DNA of 64,000 nt from Dehalococcoidia bacterium (GCA_011192005.1 DUFB01000065.1:16843-80842); one strand, 5' to 3'. Positions 1 through 9,404 are shown, counted from the first letter of the stretch. The notes: generated by a model not told the origin, from the letters alone. Numbers and translations: made by a program.

Positions 1-15
1 TATAATATTTTATAG

Positions 16-993
16 ATGAAAGAGAGTATAATCAAAAATATCAGGATTTTCGACTTTCAACCCCAACCCGAGGATTTTCTCGGCGAGGTGCTGCGGGGGC
101 TTAAAAAGGTACCCAAGCAGCTTCCCACCAAGTACCTCTACGATGAACGTGGCTCGACTTTATACGAACGTATCTGTACCCTCGACGAGTATTACTTACC
201 GCGCGTAGAAATTGATATTATGGAACGGAACATCGATGAAATAGCCAATCTCCTGGGTAAAAATGTAAGTCTGGTCGAGTACGGCTGCGGCAGCTGCACC
301 AAAACACGTATTCTTCTGGACCATATGCCGGACCTGACTGCCTATATTCCCATAGATATCTCCAGAGAACAACTGCTTCATGAAAGTCAGGAACTCAATA
401 TTGCCTATCCGGAACTAGAAATCCTCCCCGTATGTGCTGACTTTACCGGGGATTTTCAACTGCCCGTACCTGAAAGAAACAGCGAGCGGAATGTGGCCTA
501 TTTCCCCGGTTCATCTATCGGCAATTTCGGGCCGGATTCCGCCCGCAATCTACTGACGCATATCGCCGATTTATGTAAACCAGGTGGAGCCCTGCTTATC
601 AGCATCGACCTGGCCAAAGACCCGGAGATGCTTCACTATGCCTATAACGACCGTGATGGTGTGACCGCCGCTTTCAATTTAAACCTCCTAGAAAGAATTA
701 ACCATGAGCTCGGCGGCGATTTTAACCTATCATGGTTCAGGCACCACGCCTTTTATAATATCGAGAAAGGGCGCGTGGAGATGCATCTGGTTAGTCTGAG
801 GGATCAGGTCGTGCATATTAATAATACAAGGATATCCTTTGCCGAGGGCGAAAGCATCTGGACGGAGAGTTCCTATAAATACGAGCTGCGCGATTTCATG
901 CTGATAGCAGATGACGCCGGTTTTAAGGTCGAAAAGGTATGGATCGACGACAAGGAATGGTTCAGTGTGTTGTACCTGGTGGTGGATGGTTAA
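16..993 (+). CDS. egtD: SAM-dependent L-histidine N-alpha-methyltransferase (EgtD/EanA family)
   Basis: 325-aa ORF with family-typical strings: YLYDERGSTLYERICTLDEYYLPRVE, EYGCGSCTKTRILL, YIPIDIS, FPGSSIGNF. TATAAT lies at 1-6 just upstream. Confidence 0.85.
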   Translation: MKESIIKNIRIFDFQPQPEDFLGEVLRGLKKVPKQLPTKYLYDERGSTLYERICTLDEYYLPRVEIDIMERNIDEIANLLGKNVSLVEYGCGSCTKTRILLDHMPDLTAYIPIDISREQLLHESQELNIAYPELEILPVCADFTGDFQLPVPERNSERNVAYFPGSSIGNFGPDSARNLLTHIADLCKPGGALLISIDLAKDPEMLHYAYNDRDGVTAAFNLNLLERINHELGGDFNLSWFRHHAFYNIEKGRVEMHLVSLRDQVVHINNTRISFAEGESIWTESSYKYELRDFMLIADDAGFKVEKVWIDDKEWFSVLYLVVDG

Positions 994-1011
994 AGAACCT
1001 GAAGTAAAATC

Positions 1012-4000
1012 CTATTTACAGGGAATCAGCCTTACCGTATCTTTCTCTTCCAGTACCTGCTTCAGGGCAGCTATCGTGTCGTCGATATCCTTTTTTGTAG
1101 TATTGTGAGACAGCGAGAAGCGCACCGAACAGTGGGCTTCTTCCTCCGTCCTGCCCATAGCCAGGAGTACATGGGTAGGCTCCGGAGAGCCCGATTTACA
1201 TGCCGACCCCGAGGAAAGGGCTATCCCGTGCCTGTCCATGGCGATGACAATCGATTCACCCCGGAGTTCCGGCAATGTCATGTTGAGAGTATTGGGCAAT
1301 CTACTGACGGGATGTCCGTTCAGTCTGGCATAAGGCACCAGCTTCTTGATTCCCTCCTCAAGTCTATCCCGCAGGGCCTCTATCCGTCTGCCCTTCTGCC
1401 AGGTCTGCCCTGCCAGCTCGGCGGCTTTTCCCAGTCCGACGATAGACGGAACGTTCTCCGTGCCCGCCCTGAAACCGCTCTCCTGCTGTCCACCATGGAT
1501 GAGGGGTTCTATCTCAACCCCTTTCCTGATATATAAGGCTCCCACGCCTTTCGGTGCTCCGAATTTGTGCCCGGATATGCTCAGAAGGTCCACGCCGAGT
1601 TCTTCCACATCGACCTTAATTTTGCCGATAGCCTGGACGGCATCGGTGTGAAACAGGATACCCTTTTCGTGAGCAATATCACACAACTCGCGGATGGGCA
1701 AGATGGTTCCCACTTCATTATTCGCCAGCATGATAGAGACAAGAATCGTTTCATCGGAAATGGCCGCTCGCAGTTTTTCCGACTCCAGGCAACCGAATCC
1801 GTCAACCTCCAGATAGGTAATCCTGAAACCTGATTTTTCCAGAAATTTAGCAGTATTCAGCACTGCGGGATGCTCAATGGCGGTGGTGATAATATGATTA
1901 CCTTTATCCCGACGGGCATTGGCTATACCCACCAGAGCCAGGTTGTCAGCTTCCGAACCGCCGCCCGTAAAGACAATCCGCCGCGGCGAGGTATTGATAA
2001 GCGAGGCTACCTGTCGTCGCGCTTTTTCCACAGCCACACGGGCGTCTCTGCCAGCAGCATGGATACTGGAAGGATTACCATATTCAGCCTCTAGGTACGG
2101 CAGCATCGCCTCCCGGGCGGCGTCAGCCACCGGAGTGGTGGCGTTGTTATCCAGATAGATTTGCTTTCGTGGTTCAGTACGCGCCCGCGTTAAAGATGCT
2201 TTCTTTTTTCTTTTCATTACAGGTTTTACGCCCTCTTCGCCTTTACCCGAGGCTACCTTCACCACATCACAGAGAAGGGCTTTATAGACGGGAAAACCGG
2301 ATATCTCGTCGAAATTATCCAGGTCAGTAAGTTCATTGACATTCCTCTCCCGCCAGGCTTTCGGTCCTACCGGTGTACCGCCTCCCATGGAGCACTCAAT
2401 CGTTCCCTTCATAATATCATCAGTCACCAATGCCCTGAAAGGGACACTACCCCGAGGGGTCACGACATCCACCAGGTCGCCACTCACGATATGCCTTTCG
2501 GCCGCATCTACACGGTTAATCTCGACAGCAGGTTCCGGGTATTCTGTCGCCAGGCCCTCTATGCCGTGATGCTGGGATCGAAAATCATTAGGGGTGCGGG
2601 CTCCAGAGTTAAAGACAAGGGGATATTCTCTGGCGAGTGCAGGACTGCCGAGAGGACCTTCTCTGGGTTCAATGTATCTGGGTAATGGTTCGTAACCATA
2701 TTCCTCCAGGGTTGTTGACCATATCTCAAACTTACCCGTAGGAGTTTCAAAACCAGGCTTTCCGTCCTGCCGCAGTCCTCCCTTTTGCCACTTTTTATAT
2801 TCCAGCATGGGGACGGGAATTCTCACCCAGCCTCCCTTTTCTCTGATATCCTCGGGAGTAAAGCCGGAGCCATCCAGAGCCAGACGAATCATTTCATCCT
2901 CGGATTGAGGAAACAAGTGCCCGTAGCCAAGTTTCTCGGCTAACCCGGCCATAATCAAATAGTCATTACGCGCTTCTCCCAGCGGCTCGATAATCCGCTC
3001 GCGTAATCGCAGAATCGGTCCGTAGACCATATAAGACTCATTCTCGAACATCGTCGTTGCCGGCAGAACGATATCGGCATAAGCAGCGTCGGCGGTTAAC
3101 TGGCGGTCGATACAGGCCAGGTAGTCCAGCTTTTCCAGTGTCTCCCGCCAGATAGCTGTCTGCGGCCAGGAAGTCAGCAAGGAAGCTCCGTGGATGATTA
3201 GAGCGCGCATCGAATAGGGCTCTCCCTTGAGGACGGAATTCACCAGGCCGATAGCGTGAGACTCGCCACGGTAATTGCTGTAGACAGGAAAGAGCTCTCT
3301 TCCGATAGCGATATCAAGATTCGGGTTTCTTTGATTACAGGCACGATTTATGGGAAAAGTGCTGTTGAGCATGTTAAGCCCGATACCGCCCGCCACATCG
3401 AGGTGCCCCGCCAGACTGAACAAAGTATACACAGCGCGGGCGGCCTGTACGCCGCCGTTGGAGAATTCCAGGCCAGTATACAGCAACGGACAGGCACCAT
3501 CGGCACTGGCGATACGGCGAGCCAGATCGTGTATGGTCTCGGCAGGTACACCGGTTATCGTCTCTACCACTTCAGGACTAAAATGCTGGGTATAAGCTCT
3601 GAGTTCGGCAAATCCGTGGCACCAGTTTTCGGCAAAGTCTTCATCATAAAGGTCTTCTTCAATCAGCACCTCAATCAGGCTCAAGGCCAGTGCGCCGTCG
3701 GTTCCGGGACGGATGGGAACCCACTGGCCACCGGTGCGTACGACTGTTTCCGTACGACGCGGGTCAATAACAACAATATCGGCACCTCTGCCTGCCGCTG
3801 TTTCCAGACGCTGCATATCAACCGGAGGAGAATCTGTGGCGGGATTGGTACCCCAGACGATAATCATTTCAGCGTTTTCAACATCGGAAAACATGTCAAC
3901 GCCCGACCGCCCCATGGTCACCCCCGGAGCGATAACATGCAGGGAAACATAACAAAGGGCGCCTACGCCGGTGGTATTCGGGGAACCGAAGGGGAAGAGG

Positions 4001-4395
4001 ACGTTAGATGCCGATGAAACGGTGATTCCCGCGGGTTGAAACATATCGCAGAGAGACAGCTCCTGGGCGCCGCGCCCGGTGTAAATACCCACCGCTTCGG
4101 GACCCGACTCATTCTTTATTTTATTCATATTTTCAATGATATTATCGTAAGCCTGATCCCAGGTAATATTCTCAAAGTCGTACGAGCCCTTGGGGCCGAC
4201 ACGCCGTATCGGGGACTTCAACCGGTGGTCGCTATAGACAATCTCCACGGCATGTTCGCCCAATCGACATATCGTCCCCAGCGAATGATCAGGGTCGGGA
4301 CGTATGCCAACCATTCTATTCTTATCAAGGGCTACTTCTACCCAGCACCCGGCGGGACATATACCGCATATACCTTTCTGCCAGACCATAGTCAA
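1012..4395 (-). CDS. Fusion protein: N-terminal Mo/W-bis-MGD oxidoreductase-like module plus C-terminal NifS/IscS-type cysteine desulfurase (MES-like ergothioneine synthase candidate)
   Basis: Uninterrupted 1127-aa ORF. N-terminus has a C-x2-C-x3-C-x25-C 4Fe-4S motif (CGICPAGCW...ICRLG) followed by molybdopterin oxidoreductase-like sequence. A K/R-rich linker (MKRKKKASLTRARTEPRK) maps to about nt 2160-2230. The C-terminal ~385 aa carry the NifS PLP-lysine motif SGHKFGAPKGVGALY and catalytic-Cys motif SSGSACKSG. Confidence 0.8.
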   Translation of the reverse strand: MTMVWQKGICGICPAGCWVEVALDKNRMVGIRPDPDHSLGTICRLGEHAVEIVYSDHRLKSPIRRVGPKGSYDFENITWDQAYDNIIENMNKIKNESGPEAVGIYTGRGAQELSLCDMFQPAGITVSSASNVLFPFGSPNTTGVGALCYVSLHVIAPGVTMGRSGVDMFSDVENAEMIIVWGTNPATDSPPVDMQRLETAAGRGADIVVIDPRRTETVVRTGGQWVPIRPGTDGALALSLIEVLIEEDLYDEDFAENWCHGFAELRAYTQHFSPEVVETITGVPAETIHDLARRIASADGACPLLYTGLEFSNGGVQAARAVYTLFSLAGHLDVAGGIGLNMLNSTFPINRACNQRNPNLDIAIGRELFPVYSNYRGESHAIGLVNSVLKGEPYSMRALIIHGASLLTSWPQTAIWRETLEKLDYLACIDRQLTADAAYADIVLPATTMFENESYMVYGPILRLRERIIEPLGEARNDYLIMAGLAEKLGYGHLFPQSEDEMIRLALDGSGFTPEDIREKGGWVRIPVPMLEYKKWQKGGLRQDGKPGFETPTGKFEIWSTTLEEYGYEPLPRYIEPREGPLGSPALAREYPLVFNSGARTPNDFRSQHHGIEGLATEYPEPAVEINRVDAAERHIVSGDLVDVVTPRGSVPFRALVTDDIMKGTIECSMGGGTPVGPKAWRERNVNELTDLDNFDEISGFPVYKALLCDVVKVASGKGEEGVKPVMKRKKKASLTRARTEPRKQIYLDNNATTPVADAAREAMLPYLEAEYGNPSSIHAAGRDARVAVEKARRQVASLINTSPRRIVFTGGGSEADNLALVGIANARRDKGNHIITTAIEHPAVLNTAKFLEKSGFRITYLEVDGFGCLESEKLRAAISDETILVSIMLANNEVGTILPIRELCDIAHEKGILFHTDAVQAIGKIKVDVEELGVDLLSISGHKFGAPKGVGALYIRKGVEIEPLIHGGQQESGFRAGTENVPSIVGLGKAAELAGQTWQKGRRIEALRDRLEEGIKKLVPYARLNGHPVSRLPNTLNMTLPELRGESIVIAMDRHGIALSSGSACKSGSPEPTHVLLAMGRTEEEAHCSVRFSLSHNTTKKDIDDTIAALKQVLEEKDTVRLIPCK

Positions 4396-4452
4396 TCCTT
4401 TTTATAAGTCTCTAACCAATATTGTATAAACACCAATATTAAAAATCCAGTA

Positions 4453-4480
4453 TTGACAAACTGGCATGAATTCATAGAAT
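4453..4480 (+). promoter_or_regulatory. sigma70-like promoter for the 4499 gene
   Basis: TTGACA (4453-4458), 16-nt spacer, TAGAAT (4475-4480). RBS GGGAGG at 4487-4492 precedes the ATG at 4499. Confidence 0.5.
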
Positions 4481-4498
4481 TGGATTGGGAGGTAACGG

Positions 4499-4975
4499 AT
4501 GCCACAACTCGTTAAGGGCGGTAAATATATCTACGGTTTGTCTAAAGTAAGTAGAACCGGGGTGATTATCATTCCTCCGGAAGCCATGACGGAATATAAA
4601 TTCAGGGATGGCGATAGGGTAATATTACTCAGCGGAAGCCGTAAATCCGGTGGTTTTGGAGTTACCAAATCGAGCATACTACAAAAAACAAACCTGGCAA
4701 GACTCATACAGGACATCCCCGGTTTAGCCAGTTACCAAATACCGGAAAACGTAACTATCGAAGCCAAAGGCAGGTGGCTGTGCTGGTCTACGATTAAGAC
4801 AGGTGGCTATCTGCAACTCACAACGGAAACACTATCAAAATATAATATTGCAGTCGGTGATTTTTTAACAATCGGTCGGGGTAGTTATCTGGCCATTAGC
4901 TTTATAGCACGGGGCGTTATCCTGGAAGAAGCTTTAAGACACCCTGACCTGGAGATATTTGAGGTTCATAACTAA
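4499..4975 (+). CDS. Hypothetical protein with two AbrB/SpoVT/MazE-like swapped-hairpin motifs
   Basis: 158-aa ORF with good promoter and RBS. Two segments look like AbrB-type motifs: GVIIIPPEAMTEYKFRDGDRVILL and GYLQLTTETLSKYNIAVGDFLTIGRG. The fold assignment is by eye only. Confidence 0.4.
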   Translation: MPQLVKGGKYIYGLSKVSRTGVIIIPPEAMTEYKFRDGDRVILLSGSRKSGGFGVTKSSILQKTNLARLIQDIPGLASYQIPENVTIEAKGRWLCWSTIKTGGYLQLTTETLSKYNIAVGDFLTIGRGSYLAISFIARGVILEEALRHPDLEIFEVHN

Positions 4976-5062
4976 TGTCAGATAGCCTGTTCAGGTAAGT
5001 AGCATAAAACAATATACAAAACTTTATTCCAATAATAGTTTATCATCACATATGAGCATCAC

Positions 5063-5091
5063 TTGACATTTGGCAAACCAGATGGTAGAAA
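5063..5091 (+). promoter_or_regulatory. sigma70-like promoter upstream of the PAS kinase gene
   Basis: TTGACA (5063-5068), 17-nt spacer, TAGAAA (5086-5091). Confidence 0.4.
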
Positions 5092-5159
5092 TATGACTAT
5101 AGAGCAAATAACCGCCAATTTATTGCTGTGGTTGGGTCGGTAATTTCAGGTAAAAAGAG

Positions 5160-8144
5160 ATGAACGACTCACACAAAACCAAGAAACAGCTCATCAATGA
5201 GCTGTCGCAGATACGCCAGGAACTAGCGGCCGTATCAACTTCGAAGAATACCTCTCAAAAAGTCACTCCGGAGTCAATAGAACCTGATAATATCTTTTAC
5301 AAGGCTTTTCTTTCCAGTCCTGACATGTTTATTATTGCCGATCCTACCAACGGCACATATGTAGAAGTGAATGATAGCTTTGTGAAAAACACCGGTTATA
5401 GCCGCGAGGAACTAATCGGGCACAGTGTTGGCGAACTCAACCTGTGGGTTCATCAGGAAGAACGTGATAAAATGAGCCGTCTTCTTACCGAACATGGCAA
5501 ACTAACCAATGAAGAATTCAGTTTCCGGATGAAATCAGGGGAGATACGCCAGTGGCTATGCGCTGCTGAGACAGTAAATATGGGCGGCGCGGAGCGGATG
5601 ATAGCGGTAGCCACGGATATTACCGAACGTAAACAAGTAGAGGATGCACTACGAACAAGTGAAGAAGAATTCCGCACCCTGTTTGAAACGATGGCTCAAG
5701 GTGTAGTTTATCAGGAAAAGACCGGTGAAGTGATATCCATGAATCCGGCAGCAGAAAGTATCCTTGGTATGAAATTGGAGAAACTAAAAAATCCTAGGAT
5801 AATCAATACAAACTTAAAAACTATACGCGAAGATGGTTCTATATATCCCGCAGAAGAGCATCCCACCATGGTTTCCTTAAAAACGGGCAAACCAGTAAAA
5901 GATGCGATTATGGGAATTTATAATACGGAAGAAGATAACTACAAATGGATAATTATCAACACCGTTCCACAATTCAGACCGGGTGAAGACGAACCATATC
6001 GAGTATTCGTTACATTTAACGATATCACCGAGCGAAAGCGTATGGAAGAAAACCTCAGATACCACGCTGACCTCATGCAAAACGTATCTGATGCCATTGT
6101 ATCCACTGACCTTGAACACAAAATTATTAGCTGGAACAGAGCTGCCGAGTTAAAATATGGCTGGCGGGAAGATGAGGTCATCGGCAGGAAAATGGTGGAT
6201 ATCCTAAAGCCAGAATATCCGAATAAGAAAATTGAAGACATAATGAAAACTCTAAGAAAGGACGGTATCTGGCGGGGTGAGGCCATCCACGAAACAAAAG
6301 GGGGAGAGAAGTTAAACGTATTAGTATCTACCTCCCTGATAAAGGATGAAGAAGGTGATAACAAAGGAGCCGTAACCTTTTTTACTGACATCACGGAACA
6401 GAAACAGGAGGAAGAAAGGCACCGGACAATTCTTCGTACGACTCTTGACGGCGTCTGGACGGTGGATTTGAAGGGGAAATTCATAGAAGTAAATGATGCT
6501 TACTGCAATATGGTGGGATATACGCGGGAAGAACTGCAAAATATGTCTATAATGGAAATAGAAGCCGTAGAAACACCTGAGGATATACTTCAACGGATCG
6601 ATAAAATTATCACAGAAGGCGGCGACCGTTTCGAGACTAAACACAAGCGTAAAGACGGCCGGATAATTGATGTTGATATCAGTACCAACTATCTCGATAT
6701 AGGCGAAGGACAGCTTTCTGTTTTCGTACGTGATATTACCGAACGCAAGGCGACTGAAAAGGCGTTAAGAGAATCAGAGGAAAGGTTTTCCAAAGCCTTC
6801 CGTTCCAGCCCGGACAGGGTGGTTATCTCAACCCTCAATGACGGGAAAGTCGTTGACGTTAATGACAGCTACCTCCGCTATACGGGATATAGACGTGATG
6901 ATGTGATAGGCCATACCATGATTGAACTCGGTTCCTGGGTAAACCCCGAGCAACGCATTAAAATAATTCAGAATTTAAAAAAACACGGAAAAGTTGAGAA
7001 TGAGGAAGTTGAGTTACGTAACAAATCAGGAGAGATACGAAATTCAATTTTTTCAGCCGAGCTAATCAACATCGACGGCGAACAATGCATGATATCCATA
7101 GCTACTGACATCACCGAACGAAAACACGCCGAAGAGGCATTGCGGGAGAGCGAGGAAAAATTTTCACGGGCTTTTCATGCCAGTTCTAATCTGGTGAGTA
7201 TTACCCGCATTAAGGACCATGTTATTCTTGATATTAACGAAGCTTACGCCCAACTCTCCGGTTACAGCCGCGAGGAGCTCATCGGGCGTTCCACGCGCGA
7301 TCTGAAACTCTGGGCAGATCCCGAACAAAGAAAAAAAGCCTCCACGCAACTTGACCAGAACGGCAAGGTTCGTCACATGGAGGTTAAACTACAAGCAAAG
7401 TCTGGTGATATTCGGACTATTCTCCTATCCACAGATATGGTATATCTGAAGGGTGAACCCTGTCTCCTTACCACAGGCGTTGATGTCACCGAACGTAAGG
7501 AGGTTGAAGAAGCACTAAAGGAAAATGAGGAAAGATACCGGCTGATTGCGGACAATGCTAATGATCTTATCTCGCGTATTCAGATGATTCCTGAAATAAG
7601 TACAGACTACGTGAGTCCATCATGTCTGCGTATCACAGGCTACAGGCAGGAGGATTTTTATAAAGACCGGAATCTAGGCCTTCAGATGATTCATCCAGAT
7701 GATCAGGATTTATTCCTGAAACACATAAGATCGGGGAATAAAAACCAGCAACCACTTATAGTACGACTGGTACGTAAAGATGGCCAGGTAATCTGGATAG
7801 AACAAACCCACACGGCCATCTCTAACGATAAAGGTGAAACCGTCGCTATGCATCTCATCGCCCGTGATATCACCGAGCGTAAGCGCGCCGAAGAGGCACT
7901 GAGAGAAAGTGAAGTTCAGTTAAAGGGTATTCTAAAAGCCGCTCCTATCGGCATAGCCCTGATTCAGGACCGCATACCTGTATGGGTAAACGACCATTTT
8001 TGCACCATGACGGGTTATTCAGAACAAGAACTGGTGGGAAAAAACTCCAGAAAACTGTATACATCATATGAAGAATACCTGAGAGTAAATGAACTAAAAA
8101 ACCGGGCCATAGAATTTTCTGGTAAAGGTGAAGCTGAAACCTAA
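5160..8144 (+). CDS. Multi-PAS sensor protein (N-terminal part of a sensor histidine kinase, ended by an in-frame TAA)
   Basis: 994-aa ORF. Seven PAS-like modules each end in D(I/V)TE(R/Q)K followed by a coiled linker such as EEALRESEE. Confidence 0.8.
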   Translation: MNDSHKTKKQLINELSQIRQELAAVSTSKNTSQKVTPESIEPDNIFYKAFLSSPDMFIIADPTNGTYVEVNDSFVKNTGYSREELIGHSVGELNLWVHQEERDKMSRLLTEHGKLTNEEFSFRMKSGEIRQWLCAAETVNMGGAERMIAVATDITERKQVEDALRTSEEEFRTLFETMAQGVVYQEKTGEVISMNPAAESILGMKLEKLKNPRIINTNLKTIREDGSIYPAEEHPTMVSLKTGKPVKDAIMGIYNTEEDNYKWIIINTVPQFRPGEDEPYRVFVTFNDITERKRMEENLRYHADLMQNVSDAIVSTDLEHKIISWNRAAELKYGWREDEVIGRKMVDILKPEYPNKKIEDIMKTLRKDGIWRGEAIHETKGGEKLNVLVSTSLIKDEEGDNKGAVTFFTDITEQKQEEERHRTILRTTLDGVWTVDLKGKFIEVNDAYCNMVGYTREELQNMSIMEIEAVETPEDILQRIDKIITEGGDRFETKHKRKDGRIIDVDISTNYLDIGEGQLSVFVRDITERKATEKALRESEERFSKAFRSSPDRVVISTLNDGKVVDVNDSYLRYTGYRRDDVIGHTMIELGSWVNPEQRIKIIQNLKKHGKVENEEVELRNKSGEIRNSIFSAELINIDGEQCMISIATDITERKHAEEALRESEEKFSRAFHASSNLVSITRIKDHVILDINEAYAQLSGYSREELIGRSTRDLKLWADPEQRKKASTQLDQNGKVRHMEVKLQAKSGDIRTILLSTDMVYLKGEPCLLTTGVDVTERKEVEEALKENEERYRLIADNANDLISRIQMIPEISTDYVSPSCLRITGYRQEDFYKDRNLGLQMIHPDDQDLFLKHIRSGNKNQQPLIVRLVRKDGQVIWIEQTHTAISNDKGETVAMHLIARDITERKRAEEALRESEVQLKGILKAAPIGIALIQDRIPVWVNDHFCTMTGYSEQELVGKNSRKLYTSYEEYLRVNELKNRAIEFSGKGEAET

Positions 8145-8177
8145 TTTGTCTGTAAAAACGGTGATATTAGAGATATT

Positions 8178-9047
8178 TTGATAGTCTCCACACCGCTGGA
8201 TCCCGATAACCAATCAGCCGGAACAATCGCAACCATGATGGATATCACCGAGCGGAAGAAAGCTGAAGAACATGAGAGGGAAGCCAAGAATTTAAGAGAA
8301 CTGGATAGATTGAGAACCGAGTTACTGGCGAATGTATCCCATGAACTGCGTACTCCGCTGGCCAGCATAAAGGGGTTTACAACCGTTCTTACTGACTACG
8401 ATAATAAACTCACGCCCGAGGAAAAAAGGGAATATCTGGAAATTATTGACCATAATACCGACAGGCTTTCGGAATTGATCGAACAATTGCTGGTCATTTC
8501 CCGCTTAGGCTCGGGCATGCTTACTATCGATAGGTCACCCAGTGATATCAAAACTCTATGTGAGGAAGTGATATCCGAAGCGAAAATCAGGTCACCGGAA
8601 TTCAATTTTATACATGATCTACCGGCACGATTGCCTAAAGTATACATTGACACCAAACGTATCAGGCAGGTCCTGGACAATCTTATCGATAACGCCGTGA
8701 AGCATTCATTTCCAGGTACCGAGATATCGATCACCGCCAGCAGGAAAAATAATGAAATAGTGGTAACGGTGACTGATGAAGGAACCGGCATCTCCCGGAA
8801 GGATAGGCCTTATATATTCGACCGCATGTTTCATACCCAACGTAAGCATAAATCGGGAGCAACGGGAGCCGGACTGGGATTATCCATCTGCAAAGGGCTT
8901 ATAGAAGCACATCAAGGCAGAATCTGGATAGAGAGTGAAGAAGGTAAAGGAACCAGATGCTTTTTTACCTTACCGACATATAACAACCGGGGTGTTCGTC
9001 ATGGTAAAAAGGAAAAGGGGGAATACCATTCTGTGCATCGAGGATGA
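8178..9047 (+). CDS. Histidine kinase core (HisKA + HATPase_c), in the same frame as 5160-8144
   Basis: Phospho-acceptor box SHELRTPLASIKG. N/G boxes DNLIDNAVKHS, DEGTGIS, GAGLGLSICKG. The reading frame is open from 8145 and in phase with the upstream ORF. Confidence 0.85.
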   Translation: MIVSTPLDPDNQSAGTIATMMDITERKKAEEHEREAKNLRELDRLRTELLANVSHELRTPLASIKGFTTVLTDYDNKLTPEEKREYLEIIDHNTDRLSELIEQLLVISRLGSGMLTIDRSPSDIKTLCEEVISEAKIRSPEFNFIHDLPARLPKVYIDTKRIRQVLDNLIDNAVKHSFPGTEISITASRKNNEIVVTVTDEGTGISRKDRPYIFDRMFHTQRKHKSGATGAGLGLSICKGLIEAHQGRIWIESEEGKGTRCFFTLPTYNNRGVRHGKKEKGEYHSVHRG

Positions 9048-9385
9048 AGCGGATAACCGTAATTTTGCCTGTAAAGTACTCGCTCTGGAAGGATATCGAT
9101 GCCTCGAGGCTGAAACCTGGGAAGACACTTTTAGATTGCTTGATGAAGAAGACATTAATCTGGTATTACTTGATTTAAAGCTCTTTGAACATGATGGCTG
9201 GGAAATACTGGAAAAAGATAAAAGAGAACCCGAAGACCTCGGCAATTCCGGTAATAGTGTGTACAGCATCATTCGGTGAACCACAGAAAAAGCGCGCCTT
9301 CAGAATGGGAGTCGTCGACTATCTTATCAAGCCCTTAAGTGCCAGCGTCCTGAAAACCGCAGTCTCTCGCGTCCTGCCAGTTTGA
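9001..9385 (+). pseudogene. CheY-like response regulator receiver, split by a 1-nt frameshift
   Basis: Frame 1 gives MVKRKRGNTILCIEDE...VLLDLKLFEHDGWEILEK. The +1 frame continues IKENPKTSAIPVIVCTASFGEPQKKRAFRMGVVDYLIKP. The junction is in the A5 run at 9212-9216. Confidence 0.75.
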
Positions 9386-9404
9386 GAGACATGACTTTGC
9401 TTAC

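Noticed and set aside
3256-4017. 253-aa plus-strand ORF inside the MES fusion gene, together with several shorter ORFs between 1105 and 4407
   Set aside because: It is fully antisense to a well-supported 1127-aa coding region. The composition is a typical shadow-ORF pattern with no RBS or recognisable motifs.
5939-6484. 181-aa minus-strand ORF within the PAS kinase gene
   Set aside because: It is antisense to conserved PAS modules. The S/R/F-rich translation is typical of a shadow frame.
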